Notes: generated by a model from the letters alone, not told the origin. Positions 9,532 to 19,290 are shown, numbered from the stretch's first letter. The stretch is 64,000 nucleotides of DNA from a virus (IMGVR_UViG_3300043399_000596); one strand, 5' to 3'. Translations and numbers: made by a program.

Positions 9532-10164
9532 ATGGCAGAGTGGAGTGTAAAACCATCATGGAAAAAATCTATCATTGAACGTAACTATCTTGTTAAAGAT
9601 GGTCAAACTTTTATGGTAGAAACGGGATGGCGTTGGGGTGAATTTTTAGTATATACTGACGATGACAATCCACCAAAAATCGAAGCAGGTGTGGATATCT
9701 ACAATTGTGACTACGAAACTGAGTTAATTGAAACAACCGATGGTTGTTGGGAAGAGTATGATTACGATGATGTAGATGACGAAACCCGCGAATGGTTAGA
9801 AGAATTTTTTGATGAAGGTAATAGTTGGCTTGACCTTGAAGAACATGGTTGGAGTCAAGATGAGTGTGAAATGATTATTGACTGTGACCTTGAAATTAGA
9901 AAATTAAACGAAGATGGCACATGTGGCGAACTTGTCGAAACAAATCAGGAAGAAGACGCAGATACTGAGCAAGCACTACCTAAAACAGGTGCTGTATGGC
10001 CCTTTACAAATGCTAGTAGTGAAGAAACTGAATTAGCAGAATTTACTTGCGAAGATTGTGGATATAGTACTGAGGATATCAACGACTTAGTAGACAATCC
10101 AAACGATGATGACAAGGGTGCATATGTTTGCCCTGAGTGCGGTGGTAGAGTCAACCTAGGATGA
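9532..10164 (+). CDS. highly acidic protein with C-terminal double-CxxC zinc ribbon
   Basis: Asp/Glu-rich ('YDYDDVDDETREWLEEFFDEG'); 'CEDCGYS...YVCPECGG' at C-terminus. Confidence 0.4.
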   Translation: MAEWSVKPSWKKSIIERNYLVKDGQTFMVETGWRWGEFLVYTDDDNPPKIEAGVDIYNCDYETELIETTDGCWEEYDYDDVDDETREWLEEFFDEGNSWLDLEEHGWSQDECEMIIDCDLEIRKLNEDGTCGELVETNQEEDADTEQALPKTGAVWPFTNASSEETELAEFTCEDCGYSTEDINDLVDNPNDDDKGAYVCPECGGRVNLG

Positions 10165-11495
10165 GAACATACGATAAGCGTATTGGTTTTTTAGTGAGTT
10201 ATCAAACATTGATACCTCACGGTGGTATTGGGCAATTCGCAAAAAGTTTTTGTGAGTTGATGGACGAACATAATATCAAAGTAGATATTATCACGGATAA
10301 AGAACCTAAGGATAATGATTTTGTAAAATCTCTAAAAGCTAATATTATTTCTCCGGTAAACTCATTGTCCTACACGGATCACAGCAACATCTTTATGTAT
10401 GGTGATACATTTTGTTATGAGCGCATGGCTAACTTCCGCAATGCGATTGTTAATGCGTTAGAACATAATTTGTATGATGCACTTATCTGTAACACATACG
10501 AAACGGTTCAAGTAGCAAGCACAATGGGTCTAGAAGATGTGATTCAAGTTATTGCGTATACTCATTTAGAAAGTCAAATTTTTAAAGACACAAAGAATCC
10601 TTTCTTACACAATACTAACGAATTGATGCGACACCAGCTAAGCATTCCTAATATTGATGTAGGTACACAAAGCAAATTCAACCAACTTAACTTAGATGAA
10701 TCTGCATTTCATCTTCCTATACCCATTACTGAACGTTCATTATTGGAAGAATATCACGGTGAGCGTGAGGGTGTATTATTTGTAGGACGATGGGAAGAAG
10801 GTAAAAATCCTGAGTTGTTTATTGATTTGATTGAACAAACTGGATTGCCTGCTAAAGTAATGACAAGCCCAAACGGTGTTAAAAAGTTTGAAGAACGCTT
10901 AAAAAAGATTGGTGCAACATATGATGTTCGTGCTAGTATTGTTGGACAAGAGAAAGTCGATTTCATTAAGAGTTCACGAATTGCTTTTAACCCAAGTGTT
11001 GTCGAGAGTTACGGGATGGCATTCTATGAACAACATATTCAACTACCGACATTAGTTTTAACAGAACAACGTTGGACTAAAAACTTTAATGACGATTTCT
11101 TTTATAGTTGCACAAAGAAGGACATGGCTAAACGTGCTAAAGATTTATATGACAGTTTTGAAAACGCAAGCACCTGGTATTTACTGGGTTCATTAGCCCA
11201 TGCTAGACAACAAGAATCAACAGTATTTCATAAATGGAATGAATGTTTCAATACGTTTAAGCCAAAAGAATCTAATAATAACACCGCAAAGATTTGCAGT
11301 GAGACCACAGTAAAATTAGAAGATTATGTTAAAGATTTGGATCGTAAGATTATTTGTATAGACGATATACGAAGCGTGTTAACGAACAAACATAAATTCA
11401 GAGTTATATATACTGATACCGATACTTATTTGACTAAAGACCCTTCATTTGAACCAACTGAAGAAAAATCAAATTCATTATTTGAGGGACTATGA
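10161..11495 (+). CDS. putative GT-B glycosyltransferase (GT4-like)
   Basis: 'GVLFVGRWEEGKNPELFIDLIEQ...SRIAFNPSVVESYGMAFYE' fits the GT4 C-terminal domain; paralog of 3586..4809. Confidence 0.45.
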   Translation: MRTYDKRIGFLVSYQTLIPHGGIGQFAKSFCELMDEHNIKVDIITDKEPKDNDFVKSLKANIISPVNSLSYTDHSNIFMYGDTFCYERMANFRNAIVNALEHNLYDALICNTYETVQVASTMGLEDVIQVIAYTHLESQIFKDTKNPFLHNTNELMRHQLSIPNIDVGTQSKFNQLNLDESAFHLPIPITERSLLEEYHGEREGVLFVGRWEEGKNPELFIDLIEQTGLPAKVMTSPNGVKKFEERLKKIGATYDVRASIVGQEKVDFIKSSRIAFNPSVVESYGMAFYEQHIQLPTLVLTEQRWTKNFNDDFFYSCTKKDMAKRAKDLYDSFENASTWYLLGSLAHARQQESTVFHKWNECFNTFKPKESNNNTAKICSETTVKLEDYVKDLDRKIICIDDIRSVLTNKHKFRVIYTDTDTYLTKDPSFEPTEEKSNSLFEGL

Positions 11496-12352
11496 CACAC
11501 AAAGTTTTAATTACAGGAAATTCTGGATATATAGGATCTTATCTTTCACAACTATTAATGAAAGATGACGAATTTCATGTAACAGGTTTAGATAAAGTAA
11601 AGCCACAAGTTCCCGTGCATACTCAGTACATTATGGATATCACGCAACCTTTTGTGATTCAACCTGAGTTTGATACAGTAATTCATTTAGCTGCCTTAGT
11701 AAATGTAGGTGAAAGTGAAAAAGTTCCCGTTGACTATTACACTACAAACTTGATTGGTACAATGAACGTACTAAATTTTATCGATGCAAAGAACTTTGTA
11801 TTTGCTAGTACTGGTGCTGCTGAAGGATGTAGTTCTGCATACGGTGTCAGCAAAAGAGCCGCAGAAGATGTTGTTTGGGAATTATGTAAGAAGCGCGGCA
11901 TTGACTATACAACATTTAGGTTCTATAACGTAGTAGGATTTGAAGGAATATTCCCTACTAACCCAGATGGACTTATGTTCAATCTCATGAAAGCCATGAA
12001 GACTGGCTCATTCACTATCTTTGGGAAAGACTACGAACAATCTTGGGATGGTACATGTGTGCGTGATTACGTGCATGTTAATGAAATTTGCGAAGCACTA
12101 AAATTAGCAATCAAAAATCCTAGTAACAAGATTGAATGTTTGGGTCACGGAGTAGGTCACACTGTCAGAGAAATGGTTAATATTTTCCAAGAAGTAAATA
12201 ACTGTGACTTTGATGTTAACTATGGACCTAGAAGAAAAGGTGACCTGCCATGTAGTGTTTTGGAAGAAGTGAGTCCATACATGATACAAAAGTATTCGAT
12301 TCAGGACCTAATGCGTGTTGACATTAAACAAAGACAAAAGTATACTGCATAG
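11492..12352 (+). CDS. NAD-dependent sugar epimerase/dehydratase (extended SDR)
   Basis: 'VLITGNSGYIGSYL' Rossmann GxxGxxG plus 'YGVSKRAAE' YxxxK catalytic motif. Confidence 0.7.
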   Translation: MTHKVLITGNSGYIGSYLSQLLMKDDEFHVTGLDKVKPQVPVHTQYIMDITQPFVIQPEFDTVIHLAALVNVGESEKVPVDYYTTNLIGTMNVLNFIDAKNFVFASTGAAEGCSSAYGVSKRAAEDVVWELCKKRGIDYTTFRFYNVVGFEGIFPTNPDGLMFNLMKAMKTGSFTIFGKDYEQSWDGTCVRDYVHVNEICEALKLAIKNPSNKIECLGHGVGHTVREMVNIFQEVNNCDFDVNYGPRRKGDLPCSVLEEVSPYMIQKYSIQDLMRVDIKQRQKYTA

Positions 12353-12353
12353 T

Positions 12354-13373
12354 ATGAATACACCTATTAAACGCATTGGTTTTGCCTGCAAGTGGGCAGA
12401 GATTAACAAAAAAGGCGAGATCGCCAGTACTGAAGGTTTGAATACTGGCGGTACTACTATGGCATGGGCAAAGCGCAACAGTCGTGCTACTGTCGAACAA
12501 AAAATCATTGATGTTGCTAAGACCAACATTATGAATACACATGCACTGATTAAGAAGGTAGCTACACTACCTGAACCACTGCGTATGTTACGCATCACTA
12601 GTGACATGCTTAGTTTCTATACACACGAAGACTGGCAAGGATTCTGGCAATCTACAAATACGCAAGACCAACTTGCACGTTGGTTCGCACCACTGGGCGA
12701 GACTGCACGTGCCAATAATGTTCGTGTTTCTTTTCATCCCGATCAGTTTGTAGTTCTTGCTAGTGAAAACGAAAATATTGTAAATAAGAGTATCGAGGAG
12801 TTTGAGTATCACACTGATATGGCTCGCTGGATGGGTTATGGCAAGACATTTCAGGATATGAAAATTAATGTTCATATCAGTGGTCGACAAGGTCCTGCAG
12901 GCATTCGCAAAGCGTATCAACGACTAACTCCTGAAGCACGTAACTGTATTACTATTGAGAACGAAGAAAATGCCTGGGGACTTGATGATTGCCTTACTCT
13001 ATCTGATTTGCTTCCAATTGTGTTGGACATTCATCATCATTGGGTGCGAGAAGGAGAATACTTGGAGGCATCCTCAGAGCGTGTTCAGCGGGTTATTGAT
13101 TCTTGGCGCGGCGTTCGCCCTACTCTACATTATTCTGTTTCACGTGAAGATATCCTTGTTGGTCATTGCACTAATACTCTTCCATGCCGCGAGAGCCTAA
13201 TCGCCGGTGGTACTAATAAACAAAAACTCCGCGCACATAGCGACTATTATTGGAATAATGCAGTAAATAATTGGGCAATGACATTTCATGATAAATTCGA
13301 TATGATGTGCGAAAGCAAGGCTAAGAATCTTGCAAGCCATAAACTATACGAGCAATACTATGGGAATATTTGA
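12354..13373 (+). CDS. uvsE: UV DNA damage endonuclease (UvdE/UvsE family)
   Basis: Aligns with Bacillus UvsE: 'IKRIGFACKW', 'VRVSFHPDQFVVLAS', 'INVHISGRQG', 'HSDYYWNNAV'; start moved to ATG right after the epimerase stop. Confidence 0.8.
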   Translation: MNTPIKRIGFACKWAEINKKGEIASTEGLNTGGTTMAWAKRNSRATVEQKIIDVAKTNIMNTHALIKKVATLPEPLRMLRITSDMLSFYTHEDWQGFWQSTNTQDQLARWFAPLGETARANNVRVSFHPDQFVVLASENENIVNKSIEEFEYHTDMARWMGYGKTFQDMKINVHISGRQGPAGIRKAYQRLTPEARNCITIENEENAWGLDDCLTLSDLLPIVLDIHHHWVREGEYLEASSERVQRVIDSWRGVRPTLHYSVSREDILVGHCTNTLPCRESLIAGGTNKQKLRAHSDYYWNNAVNNWAMTFHDKFDMMCESKAKNLASHKLYEQYYGNI

Positions 13374-13809
13374 TAAACTATTCGGTGGAAAACAAGATAC
13401 TGTTAAACCAGTAGAAGCACCTAAGCAAAAAGAAGAAACTGTTAAACCTAAAAAACCACGCAAGCCGCGAAAACCTAAACAAGAAAAAATTCTTTCAGAA
13501 AAAGAAAAAGCAACACAAGCTGGTGAACCATATGTTAATATTTTGCGTATGGAAGTAGACCCCAACGACATAAATGCCGGGGCATTCGAACTGGACTGGA
13601 ATGACAAGTTCGTTGTTAACTTGATTAAATCGGGTTACAAGTTTAACGAAAAAGATACCGACCAAGAAATTGTAGACCGTTGGTTTCAGAATATTTGCAG
13701 AAACGTTGCCCTCGAAATGTATGAACAAGTAGAGGCAGACCCCACAAACCGTGATATGCGTACGATTAAGACTAAAGACATTGGAAACAATCGAACAGAG
13801 GTAAGTTAA
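13360..13809 (+). CDS. hypothetical protein with basic 'KPKKPRKPRKPKQEK' segment
   Basis: ORF track; internal Met start chosen. Confidence 0.35.
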   Translation: MGIFDKLFGGKQDTVKPVEAPKQKEETVKPKKPRKPRKPKQEKILSEKEKATQAGEPYVNILRMEVDPNDINAGAFELDWNDKFVVNLIKSGYKFNEKDTDQEIVDRWFQNICRNVALEMYEQVEADPTNRDMRTIKTKDIGNNRTEVS

Positions 13810-14322
13810 ATGGAATTGGTATCTGAATTACTCGATAGCCCAGCCAAAACAAAATTTAATCCGAAATTCTTGCATGAGTTGGTTGATTATCTTTATGAAG
13901 ATGAATCACAAGAGGTAAGAAACTTTGCATTAAAACAAATGTTGAAGGATGACCAACTTAAAGGTAGATTTTGGGAACAGGTGTTGGCTAAAGGAATGCT
14001 GCATACTGTAATCCTAGAAAGAAATGCACATTATAGAGACTACGCAGATAACAGTGATGCAAAATTTGCTATGGTTTGTAGGTATGCAGACGGAAGAATG
14101 CAAGCTACTATTTCAGGTATAGAAAAGAAAATAGGCGATCTACGAATCTGTATGGGTATGCCCGGAGCAAACCTACATCGCATATATTTTATGCGTATAC
14201 CTTATAGTTATTATTCTAAACGTAGTAAGCATCCTCTTAAGATTACATTTCAAAACTTTGTACCTGTAGGTGACATATGGGATAGATTCCAGTGCTCTTT
14301 TCAGGAAGTTATCGCACCCTAA
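13810..14322 (+). CDS. hypothetical protein
   Basis: 170-aa ORF immediately following the upstream stop. Confidence 0.4.
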   Translation: MELVSELLDSPAKTKFNPKFLHELVDYLYEDESQEVRNFALKQMLKDDQLKGRFWEQVLAKGMLHTVILERNAHYRDYADNSDAKFAMVCRYADGRMQATISGIEKKIGDLRICMGMPGANLHRIYFMRIPYSYYSKRSKHPLKITFQNFVPVGDIWDRFQCSFQEVIAP

Positions 14323-14343
14323 AAAGAGTACTTTAGTGTACGG

Positions 14344-14381
14344 TTGACAAATATTAAAAACGGGTTTACAATACAAGTATT
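14344..14381 (+). promoter_or_regulatory. sigma70-type promoter of the reiterated family (TTGACA-17-TACAAT, then CAATACAAGTATTG near-palindrome)
   Basis: 'TTGACAaatattaaaaacgggttTACAATacaagtattg', 26 nt upstream of the 14408 ATG. Confidence 0.6.
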
Positions 14382-14407
14382 GTTAAACAACCTGATAAAG
14401 TATTCAC

Positions 14408-15676
14408 ATGTCTACTGTAAAACTGGCAAAATCAATGAAACTTGCAAAAGAACCGTCAAAATCAACACGTACTACTTTCCCATTCACTTATAAAAAGCCT
14501 GCGGCTGTTAAGATGCTGCGAAAGATTGTACACCGGTTGAAGCGTAAAAAAGGCCAGTATACTGAAATTAGTGTTCAGGATCGCCTTACTGAATTGTTCG
14601 ATCCAGTTAACGTAAAGTGGCATAAACATTTGGCTCTCTTGCAAAAGAAGGGCTTAAAATTTAAGCGCGGTATGCGAATCAAATTCGCAATGGTTAAACT
14701 CAAGGATATTTTTATTGATGACGATATCCAACGTGATATGGATCCTGACCATATAGTAAAGATTGCTAACATCGAAAACTTCCGTGTCCCGTTCATGTCC
14801 GCAATTCAAGGAACCAAAGAAGTTGGCAAATGGCGCTTTCACTCAACTAATGCACAACACACTGTTGTACTTGAAGCTGCCTATGCATTCCATGGACTTT
14901 GGGAAGATTACACCGGTGATTGGAAAGATTTAGAAGTTCCCTTCTTGTACATTGAAACTGATGATCGTTCAATGGCTCGTCAAGCATTCCGTGTTCTTAA
15001 TGGAAAATTCTCTAAACCAATCGGTCCATACGATCACCACAAGATTGAAGTTCTGTCTTACCGTGTTGACGGTAATATGGAAACAGAGAATAAGCAATCT
15101 GCTACTCTGCAACAAATTTGTGAAGATAATGGTTTCGAACCTATTTCTGAGGACGATGACGATAATGCGGGTCATCCAAAATCTATCACTCACATCAGTG
15201 CAATGCGTAAGTATAAAGAAAAACCACAGCACTGGGAGTTTATTTTGAAAACTCATGCTAAGTATTGGCCTAACATCAAACTTCACGGTATGGAGATTGA
15301 CTTGTATGGTTTTATGTATGACTATTTCAAAGTCAAAATGAAAGTAGATGTTTACTCTAAAAAGTTTCAGTCTGAATTTTTGGATTCGTTTCACGCAATC
15401 ATCCAAACTCTGTTCAGCACACCTGAAAATCTAAGTAGTGAAAGTGCTAACACTTTCAAACGCTGGTATGCCAAGACTTGGGATGTGTCCGTTGACGAGG
15501 CTGAAAAGAAAGTTGAAGCGCAAGCGTCCTTTGTGTTATTGATGAAAATGTACCGTCAACTCGGCGGCTCCCAACAGTTGCCTGATATTGTTGATCTGTA
15601 TGATAACAGTAAAGCAGGTGACTTGACCAAATACTTGTCAGCACCTGTTAAGAAAGCCATGAAAGTAAACCCATGA
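14408..15676 (+). CDS. ParB/Srx-like N-terminal domain protein (possible DGQHR/DndB-like DNA-modification accessory)
   Basis: 'IDDDIQRDMDPDHIVKIANI...FHSTNAQHTVVLEAAYAF' resembles the ParB-N fold. Confidence 0.4.
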   Translation: MSTVKLAKSMKLAKEPSKSTRTTFPFTYKKPAAVKMLRKIVHRLKRKKGQYTEISVQDRLTELFDPVNVKWHKHLALLQKKGLKFKRGMRIKFAMVKLKDIFIDDDIQRDMDPDHIVKIANIENFRVPFMSAIQGTKEVGKWRFHSTNAQHTVVLEAAYAFHGLWEDYTGDWKDLEVPFLYIETDDRSMARQAFRVLNGKFSKPIGPYDHHKIEVLSYRVDGNMETENKQSATLQQICEDNGFEPISEDDDDNAGHPKSITHISAMRKYKEKPQHWEFILKTHAKYWPNIKLHGMEIDLYGFMYDYFKVKMKVDVYSKKFQSEFLDSFHAIIQTLFSTPENLSSESANTFKRWYAKTWDVSVDEAEKKVEAQASFVLLMKMYRQLGGSQQLPDIVDLYDNSKAGDLTKYLSAPVKKAMKVNP

Positions 15677-16149
15677 CCGGGTGCTTCTTCTATGTGATTG
15701 AGACAGCTCATTACATTAAGTACAGTGATGAGTTCGTACAACTTTTGGGGTATGGGATAACTATCAATCCCAAAAAAAGATCAAAGCAATACAGTGACCA
15801 TTCTGGGACCGAACAAGAATTTTCTAATTTATACTTCGGCACGACAACACAAATTAAGGCACTAGAATCAATCATCAAACAGCGGGTCGCAAGTAACACA
15901 CATAAAATTTACGGGGAACCTGTTGAATGGATCAGTCCAAAAGCTAAAATGACTCAATCTCAAATGATTAAGTTGATAAATGACACCATTAGGCAAGAAG
16001 GGTTTAAAGTATATCCAATTAAGGACGATTATCTTCCATTTAGTAATTTGGATCACCATCGTAAGATTACAGTCAAAGAGTTGATTTCTAATCCAGAAAT
16101 GTATTTGGATATCAAAAGTGTTGACAAAAAACGCAAAATAGTCGTATAA
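15673..16149 (+). CDS. hypothetical protein (possible degenerate GIY-YIG-like N-terminus)
   Basis: ORF track; 'FFYVIETAHYIKYSDEFVQLLGYGIT'. Confidence 0.35.
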   Translation: MTGCFFYVIETAHYIKYSDEFVQLLGYGITINPKKRSKQYSDHSGTEQEFSNLYFGTTTQIKALESIIKQRVASNTHKIYGEPVEWISPKAKMTQSQMIKLINDTIRQEGFKVYPIKDDYLPFSNLDHHRKITVKELISNPEMYLDIKSVDKKRKIVV

Positions 16150-16183
16150 TTTACGTATATTATTCAACTACATACTATCCCCG

Positions 16184-17185
16184 ATGAATTACGCACTCAT
16201 AGACACTGCAAACACTTTCTTCCGCGCCCGTCATATTGCTAGTCGCAATACTGACACTTGGGCTAAGATAGGTATGGCACTACACCTGACACTTGCGTCA
16301 GTGAATCAAGTAGTTCGTAATCATAAAATTGACCACGTTGTCTTTTGTCTGGAAGGCAGAAGCTGGCGTAAGGATGTTTACGAGCCTTACAAAAAGAATC
16401 GTGTGGTTGATGCAATGTCAGTCACCGAAGCAGAAAAAGAAGAAAACGAAATGTTCTGGCAGACATACGATGCCTTCACAACCTATCTCAAAGAAAAGAC
16501 AAACGTAAGTGTCCTTAGGCATGAAAATGCTGAGGCAGACGACCTAATTGCTCGATTCATTCATCTTCATCCAAATGACACGCATTACATTATTAGCACT
16601 GATTCCGATTATGTTCAGCTTATTGCTCCAAACGTGCTCCAATACAATGGTGTCACGAATGAACTCATTACACTCAACGGGTATTTCAAGGACAGCGGCA
16701 AGCCTGTGCTAGACAAGGAAAAGAAACCTAAGCTACTTGAAGGTAGTCCCGAATATCTGTTGTTCAAGAAAATTGTTCGAGGTGATGCAGGTGACAATGT
16801 GTTCACTGCATACCCTGGTGTACGTGAGAAAGGTTCTAAGAACAAAGTCGGTATCATGGAAGCATTTGAAGACCGTGATAAGCAAGGCTTTAATTGGAAC
16901 ACTTTCATGTTGCAACGTTGGGTGGATCATAATGGCATCGAACATCGGGTGCGTGATTGTTATGAACGTAACAAAATGCTAATTGACCTCACCGCCCAAC
17001 CCGATGATATTAAACAAAAGGTTGATCAGCGTATTCGTGAATCTGTTAGAGTAAAAACTACTCCTCAGGTTGGTGTTCACTTTATGAAATTCTGTGGTAA
17101 GTATGAACTTGAAAAAATTTCTCAAAATGCTGAGTCTTATGCTAAGTGGCTTAATTCTCCGTACGAAGGTAAGGTACATGAGTAA
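16184..17185 (+). CDS. 5'-3' exonuclease / flap endonuclease (T4 RNase H / T5 D15 family)
   Basis: 'YALIDTANTFFRARH', 'NAEADDLIARF', 'IISTDSDYVQL' match PIN-like FEN motifs. Confidence 0.75.
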   Translation: MNYALIDTANTFFRARHIASRNTDTWAKIGMALHLTLASVNQVVRNHKIDHVVFCLEGRSWRKDVYEPYKKNRVVDAMSVTEAEKEENEMFWQTYDAFTTYLKEKTNVSVLRHENAEADDLIARFIHLHPNDTHYIISTDSDYVQLIAPNVLQYNGVTNELITLNGYFKDSGKPVLDKEKKPKLLEGSPEYLLFKKIVRGDAGDNVFTAYPGVREKGSKNKVGIMEAFEDRDKQGFNWNTFMLQRWVDHNGIEHRVRDCYERNKMLIDLTAQPDDIKQKVDQRIRESVRVKTTPQVGVHFMKFCGKYELEKISQNAESYAKWLNSPYEGKVHE

Positions 17186-17414
17186 AGTCTTGGAAAAGCA
17201 ATTATATGCGGCTGTGTTAGCTGTGCTGAATGACAGAGATTCATATTACCAATCTAGCGTGGGCAAAAAAGGTGAGTACAATCATTTCAATGACGGAGGT
17301 AAAGAAGCTATTATGGAGTTTATTGAAACGTTTGCCCCATTGATGCTTAGACAGCAAGAAATTGAATTGGATGCACGAGCAAAACGTATTGTATTGGATG
17401 AGCTAAAGAAATGA
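17178..17414 (+). CDS. hypothetical small protein
   Basis: In-frame Met at the upstream stop ('ggtacATGagtaa'); the longer track ORF overlaps the FEN gene. Confidence 0.4.
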   Translation: MSKVLEKQLYAAVLAVLNDRDSYYQSSVGKKGEYNHFNDGGKEAIMEFIETFAPLMLRQQEIELDARAKRIVLDELKK

Positions 17415-17638
17415 ATATTACTACGTCTAAGGTTACTTTCAAGCGCCTTGAGCCAGGCGACAAAAAATTTACTATGACAGACGGAGTAAAAATAGCGCAC
17501 AGGGCAGCTATTGAATTTGGTAATGATTGTCCTGCATCTATAATTTTTGAAATATCTAATGCTATATCAAGAGGTTGGATTACGCCCGTGGCATATATTC
17601 GTGAAGAAGAATATGTTTGGGAAACATTGAAGGATTGA
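17411..17638 (+). CDS. hypothetical small protein
   Basis: ORF track; ATGA overlap. Confidence 0.4.
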   Translation: MNITTSKVTFKRLEPGDKKFTMTDGVKIAHRAAIEFGNDCPASIIFEISNAISRGWITPVAYIREEEYVWETLKD

Positions 17639-17901
17639 TTATGGAACCACGTGATTATGAAAATATTAAATTTATTTTGTCAAAAACTCCATCAGAATTG
17701 TTTGACTGGTGGGAATCACTAGATGATGAAGACAGAATGTACGCAGTTGAAATTGTAAAAATGTATAATAGAGAATTGCTTAATGACTTGTCTAATGTTG
17801 CCAAAGTATTAGATGAAGAATTTCCAGTTCAAGATTTTGAACAAGATATTGACACCACAGAAGCAAAAGAGTATCTTAAAAAATTTCAATTAATCAAATG
17901 A
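17617..17901 (+). CDS. hypothetical acidic small protein
   Basis: ORF track. Confidence 0.4.
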   Translation: MGNIEGLIMEPRDYENIKFILSKTPSELFDWWESLDDEDRMYAVEIVKMYNRELLNDLSNVAKVLDEEFPVQDFEQDIDTTEAKEYLKKFQLIK

Positions 17902-18368
17902 AAAAGATTTTTTACGAAAAGATTGGCCGTAGGTATGTACCAGTAAGTGAGTATGACAGTGACTTACTGGACGCCTTGCCTAAGGGTACTCATATCATTA
18001 TGAGTTATCCCGGTGGTAAGTCTACTCGATATAACATTGACCCGAACTATGCTGCCATGATTGCTGCCGGTCGAGTTGCAGAAGATGCTATCAGTAAACG
18101 CATTATGGATATCAGTGCTATGCGTCCTCGTAGTGATAGAAAACTTACACCCGAACAACACAAAGCATGGCAACACCTTTCCGACGTAATGGGCGATGAA
18201 CGATATGCATTAGAATATTGCAGTTATCGTGAAGCCGCAGAAGAAGGCATTAAAGCCATGATGGAAGAGGCAAACAAGCTGTTGGCTAACCCAGCAGTTA
18301 AAAATGCATATGAACATTTTATGCTTGTATGCGAGTTAACAAAGGAGAACCATGAACTTAAAAGCTAA
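17898..18368 (+). CDS. hypothetical protein
   Basis: ORF track; ATGA overlap. Confidence 0.4.
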   Translation: MKKIFYEKIGRRYVPVSEYDSDLLDALPKGTHIIMSYPGGKSTRYNIDPNYAAMIAAGRVAEDAISKRIMDISAMRPRSDRKLTPEQHKAWQHLSDVMGDERYALEYCSYREAAEEGIKAMMEEANKLLANPAVKNAYEHFMLVCELTKENHELKS

Positions 18369-18810
18369 ACCTATAATTAAAAATCAATATTGGGTAGTCA
18401 CTGACGGTGAGAGAAAAGTAGGTAACGTTATCGCTGAAGGTACTGAATTTGCAGTTAAATTAGATAACAAGATTCAGTTATACGATTCTACAAAAGAAAT
18501 CGAAAAACATACCCAAATTGAATTCTTAAAAACAATTAAACCCGCAAAAGTAGAGAAACCGGTGTTTGCGGTTTTTCCGACGCCTGCAGGTAAAATCTAC
18601 AATAGTTTTTATGACGTAAAGCGTAAATTACATATCTTTACAAAGACTCCTAAAAGCAAATGCTATTATGCCGCAGGGTGGTTCGCACTAAAGCAATGTG
18701 AAGAATTTGAGACTATTTTTTGCCCAAAGTACATATTTGTACAGCGTTACGACTATCTTGGTCCTTTTATGACGGAAGAAGAGGCTAAAAGTAGCATAAA
18801 TATAAAATGA
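18352..18810 (+). CDS. hypothetical protein
   Basis: ORF track. Confidence 0.4.
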   Translation: MNLKAKPIIKNQYWVVTDGERKVGNVIAEGTEFAVKLDNKIQLYDSTKEIEKHTQIEFLKTIKPAKVEKPVFAVFPTPAGKIYNSFYDVKRKLHIFTKTPKSKCYYAAGWFALKQCEEFETIFCPKYIFVQRYDYLGPFMTEEEAKSSINIK

Positions 18811-18992
18811 GTAGTATTAAAAAATTTATTGATAAAATTGCCATGGCTGAAGCTAGGCAAGTTAGGGACGTATTAATCCCGATCAATGACGCCAAAGAAC
18901 TACGTGATGAAATCATGAAGTTGTTACTAGATAAAGTTGAAAATAACAAAAATGAAGTGATTGATGTTGTAGTGAAGGGCGGAAAATGGTGA
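18807..18992 (+). CDS. hypothetical small protein
   Basis: ORF track; ATGA overlap. Confidence 0.35.
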   Translation: MSSIKKFIDKIAMAEARQVRDVLIPINDAKELRDEIMKLLLDKVENNKNEVIDVVVKGGKW

Positions 18993-18996
18993 GTAC

Positions 18997-19290
18997 ATGA
19001 GCAGAACACAACCCAAAGTTTTACTAGAAATAGTAGACAAGTCAACATATAAATGCGACCAGATTGTCGAAGCGGCAGGTATCTGGGCGGTGTTTTATGA
19101 CGGGCAACCTATTAACCTAAAGAGTCAGCATTACTTGGATAGCGAAGCTGTACCCAAATATAAAAAGACTAGTTTTAGCAATCCCGGACATGCTAGAAAT
19201 TTGTGCCGTAAATTAAACAAGCAATTTAAAACTGATAAGTTTAGTGTTGTGTTTATGAATAACGGCACCAAAGTCTATCCGGATGACTAA
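18997..19290 (+). CDS. hypothetical protein
   Basis: ORF track. Confidence 0.4.
   Translation: MSRTQPKVLLEIVDKSTYKCDQIVEAAGIWAVFYDGQPINLKSQHYLDSEAVPKYKKTSFSNPGHARNLCRKLNKQFKTDKFSVVFMNNGTKVYPDD

Noticed and set aside
15673-16149. Possible second GIY-YIG nuclease
   Set aside because: Only a vague 'FYVIETA...LGYGIT' resemblance. No clear GIY-YIG spacing or conserved Arg/Glu, so it is kept as hypothetical.
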